A stretch of 64,000 bases of DNA, from assembly GCA_964035545.1 (NCBI GenBank), contig OZ037765.1:26783504-26847503 (forward strand). Direction: 5' to 3'. Below the pieces are notes generated by a model. That model was given only the letters and a program-made list of their open reading frames with translations. It searched no databases and had not been told where the DNA came from. Position 1 is the stretch's first letter, and every line of letters begins with the position of its first letter. Origin of the DNA: Bugula neritina. Taxonomy: Eukaryota > Animalia > Bryozoa. Positions 60,901 to 64,000 of the stretch are shown here, piece by piece. A program made the translations under genes and the position numbers.

Positions 60901-63565
60901 TAGTCAAAAGTAAAGGAAAAATACATATGACTGAAAAAGAAAAGCATTAATGACAATGCTCTATGTAAAAATATCACTGCAGCTAGTCGAGGCACATGAA
61001 ATATTGAACTATTAAAACATTTTTTGTGATTGTCAAAATAAGCATTTCTTTTATAAAAAAACATGCACATCAACCATCAAATTACATGTTTAAATAAAGC
61101 ACAAAATACAGATGTGTCACAGATGCTTACCGGTCTGCACTGGCTGACAATGAGTCATCACCTTGATCCATGGTGAAGTGAGAATGCAGACGCTGCTTCC
61201 CAAACTTCTACAATGACATTGGCAGCACATATCATAAACATATATACTACCCCTTTATATCAAAATATATTTATTAGATGACAGCATATAGCAAAATAAC
61301 GTGTTTGTAGAGTAACTATAGTAAAAATATGCCGCTCTATAGTCGAAACTACTTACCTTTACTAAGCCAGAAACTACAATGTAAATTCCCTTTGGTGCCT
61401 CTCCGGAGTGTAAAATGTCATCATTGTGATCAAAGTTGATGAGTTGTGCTCTTTCCTATGAACAGATTAAAATTAACCTTGTGAGAGGAAACAAAATGCA
61501 ACATTCAACTTATTATGCTGCCTTAACAGCAGGAAAGTTCAATTAAGGTCCAGTTAAATGAGTCAGATCCTAGCACATCAAGTCAACTTTGTTTCAACAT
61601 GGCTGCATTCTTTCATTACAATATATAATAGTTATTTTTAAAATAAAACATTTCAGCCAAAATGATAGACTATTTACTATTGTAAAAAAGAATTCCCAAA
61701 ATCTTAGAAATTGTAGCTGACCTTCATAAATCTAGCAATAGAGTTGCCTCCACCTTGAAGCCATGGCACAAAAGATAGCATATTTTCAGCAGGCATTGGT
61801 GGAATACTTGGTGGAGAGGAAACCAGCATCTTGATAAGCTTGTCTGTACTCTGTTTGATTATAAATATACTAACAATCAATTCCAGGTGCCTAGCAGTTA
61901 TCTAATTCCAGATACAGAAAAACTGCAATTGAATGTTTTTCACACGTATGCCCTCATCAAATGGTATTAATTGGATTGTTTTTAGCATATGTAAATTTAG
62001 ATAATTTTTAATCAGCATGTATAGCAATTGATACTTATAAGTAAATATTGGTATAGCTTTACATATAATGAACCTAAACTTTGTAACCTTTCCTTTCTCT
62101 TTTTTTTTACTAAAAAGCTATAATAAAGAATCTATTATATACAACTTTAATTTTTTGTCTACAATAACTAACCAAATATTTACCCTATGCAACCTGTCAG
62201 CTTCAATTTCATCCAAGAGTCCATCTTCCTTCAGCTTATCTAATGTGTCTCGTATTTTGTTTAGCACCGTCCTAGTAGCTTGTCTTGTCTTCACAGCAAC
62301 GGCAACGCCTGGACTGCTTCTTTGTAACAATGCTATATTTTAAAAGAAATAACTCCTGTCTAACAGCAATAGCATTACGGCAATCACACTGTTTAACCAA
62401 GTTAGCTATAAATATTTCAGCTATCAGTAATACATTCAACTGACTCATGCACTGCAAAAAGCATGTACGAAGTCGAATACCTAATTCTTTGATGACAGCC
62501 AGTCTTATTTTGTCACATCTGTTTTTGAATTTGTCTCTCATGCCGGAATGTTCTACTATATGATCAAGGAGTTGTCTACACTCCTCCTCACCAACCACAA
62601 ACCCTCGGCCAACGTCATAGCCAAAGTTAATTTGACTTTCTATTCTTCTGTCAACAGCTTTGAGTATAGCAGGGAGACACGTGATCTATAAAACCAGCTT
62701 CACTAGTCTGGATGGTGACCAAAGAACATTCATTGCAATCAGAATATAGAACTATTCAATTGTGTTATGATTTTAGATACAGTTTTCTGTCTAGGAACAT
62801 GAAAACAAATATTTGAATGCTAAAATTCAAGGGGAGATAATTACTTAAGAACTAATTAATAAGAAAACTTAACTACATTTCATAGTTCTACTCTCCTACG
62901 AAAAAAAAGGTCTCTAAGCTCACTAATTATTTCATTGACTGTTTTGAGCACCTTCAGTTGCCTTCATAAGCTATTCTACTACAAAGGGTAGATTTTTGCA
63001 TAGCAAAATTATACTAGGTAATGTTTTTATTTAACAATGTGTATGACGACACATATTATGTCAGATTTCGCATTTTAAATTAGTCAATTAGATGATCTCT
63101 TATGTCATCCTTTGAAATATCTAATAGGAAATTTCGTCTCTTATAAAATAATGCTTTTATTAGACATCATTTTATGTAAAGATAAATCTTTATGGGTAAT
63201 CACTAGAAGCAGTTTAGGGTGGCTGAGTGCAGAGTTTGTCTAGATATCGTTGTCTCCAAACCCCCAAACCCAAACCACTGCACTCAGTGACCACCAACTT
63301 GGCTCTTTTTCCTAGTTTATGAACTTATGAACTGCAGCTGAATGCTCCTACTCACAAGGAGAACCTCTAAGAGTCTCAGACATCTGGTGATTTGAATAAT
63401 AGCAGCCATCAAGTGATATTGCTGAGCTTCTTCTATCTGATGTATCCGGTACAACCTGGCAGCCTCATAGCAAGCGTACAACTCAGGGTAGGCAGCGAGT
63501 AACAGGATCAGAGCTATGGCATTCCAGAAACTCCTGAAGTATTGCTTGTAACCAAAACCCAGCAC
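57976..63565 (-). CDS. SLC9C (sNHE/NHE10-like) Na+/H+ exchanger, C-terminal part (voltage sensor S3-S4, C-linker, CNBD, tail); the gene continues beyond the window
   Basis: LGFGYKQYFRSFWN..TRCLRLL, then QINFGYDVGRGFVVGEEE, AVIKELG, PGVAVAVKTRQATRTVLN, GLLDEIEA, PKGIYIVVSGLVK and DYLGAGAVLGEMG..VTAETAVQLYF. These match the SLC9C cytosolic region. Confidence 0.88.
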
Positions 63566-64000
63566 CTAATTATAAAAGTAAAATAATTCAACACTTCAAA
63601 AAAAAGATCTGTGCTGATAGAGAGAATCTTGAGATTATGTGTACCTGCTGATACATTTGTTAAAAATGGAATATAAACAAACTTATTTATTTATTATTAT
63701 AAAAAGTCAAGCTGTAACTTTTTATTTGTCAATTTACACTTGCATGTGGTTCTCTCTTGACTGCCATTAAATCACACAACTGATACAAGATTGCATCAAA
63801 AATAATTATACATTTTAGCAGGCAAGTATCTTCAAGCAGAACTTTTTCTCTGAGTTCTGACTTCAACAAAAGCAATTACAAATTCGATCTAAAAACAACT
63901 ACTTGTAATATTTTATTATAAATTAAATACAGGAGTTCACCAAAATTTGCTAAAATAAATTGTAAATGTCTAATATTAAAAAAAATTTATAAAAATAAAA

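Overview
AT-rich, intron-containing eukaryotic DNA from a compact animal genome, most likely an invertebrate. It carries seven spliced protein-coding genes: UVSSA (-), a collagen prolyl 4-hydroxylase alpha subunit (+), SH3BP5-like (-), a KDEL receptor (+), NRBP pseudokinase (-), Ku70/XRCC6 (+) and the 3' part of an SLC9C voltage/cNMP-gated Na+/H+ exchanger (-). There is also one tRNA-Trp(CCA). Between SH3BP5 and KDELR lies a ~12.4-kb nested transposon complex. An old hAT-like MITE contains (TA)n tracts holding two Penelope/Poseidon-type retroelements tail to tail, and one of these is split by an intact Ty3/Gypsy element. The Gypsy element has apparently identical 567-bp LTRs, an ATTT target duplication, a tRNA-Leu PBS and a -1 frameshift signal. 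Highlights: (1) minimal hammerhead ribozymes from two different Penelope-like families, one inside a UVSSA intron; (2) a shared 'inverted 3' end plus tail, (TA)n-embedded' architecture in all three Penelope insertions; (3) a KDEL receptor whose basic COPI-binding tail is replaced by an acidic tail; (4) an SLC9C paralogue with a degenerate S4 and no cAMP-binding arginine; (5) triplet/hexamer-periodic simple tracts concentrated near gene 5' ends. Exon coordinates were read by eye and family assignments are from recalled motifs, not database searches.
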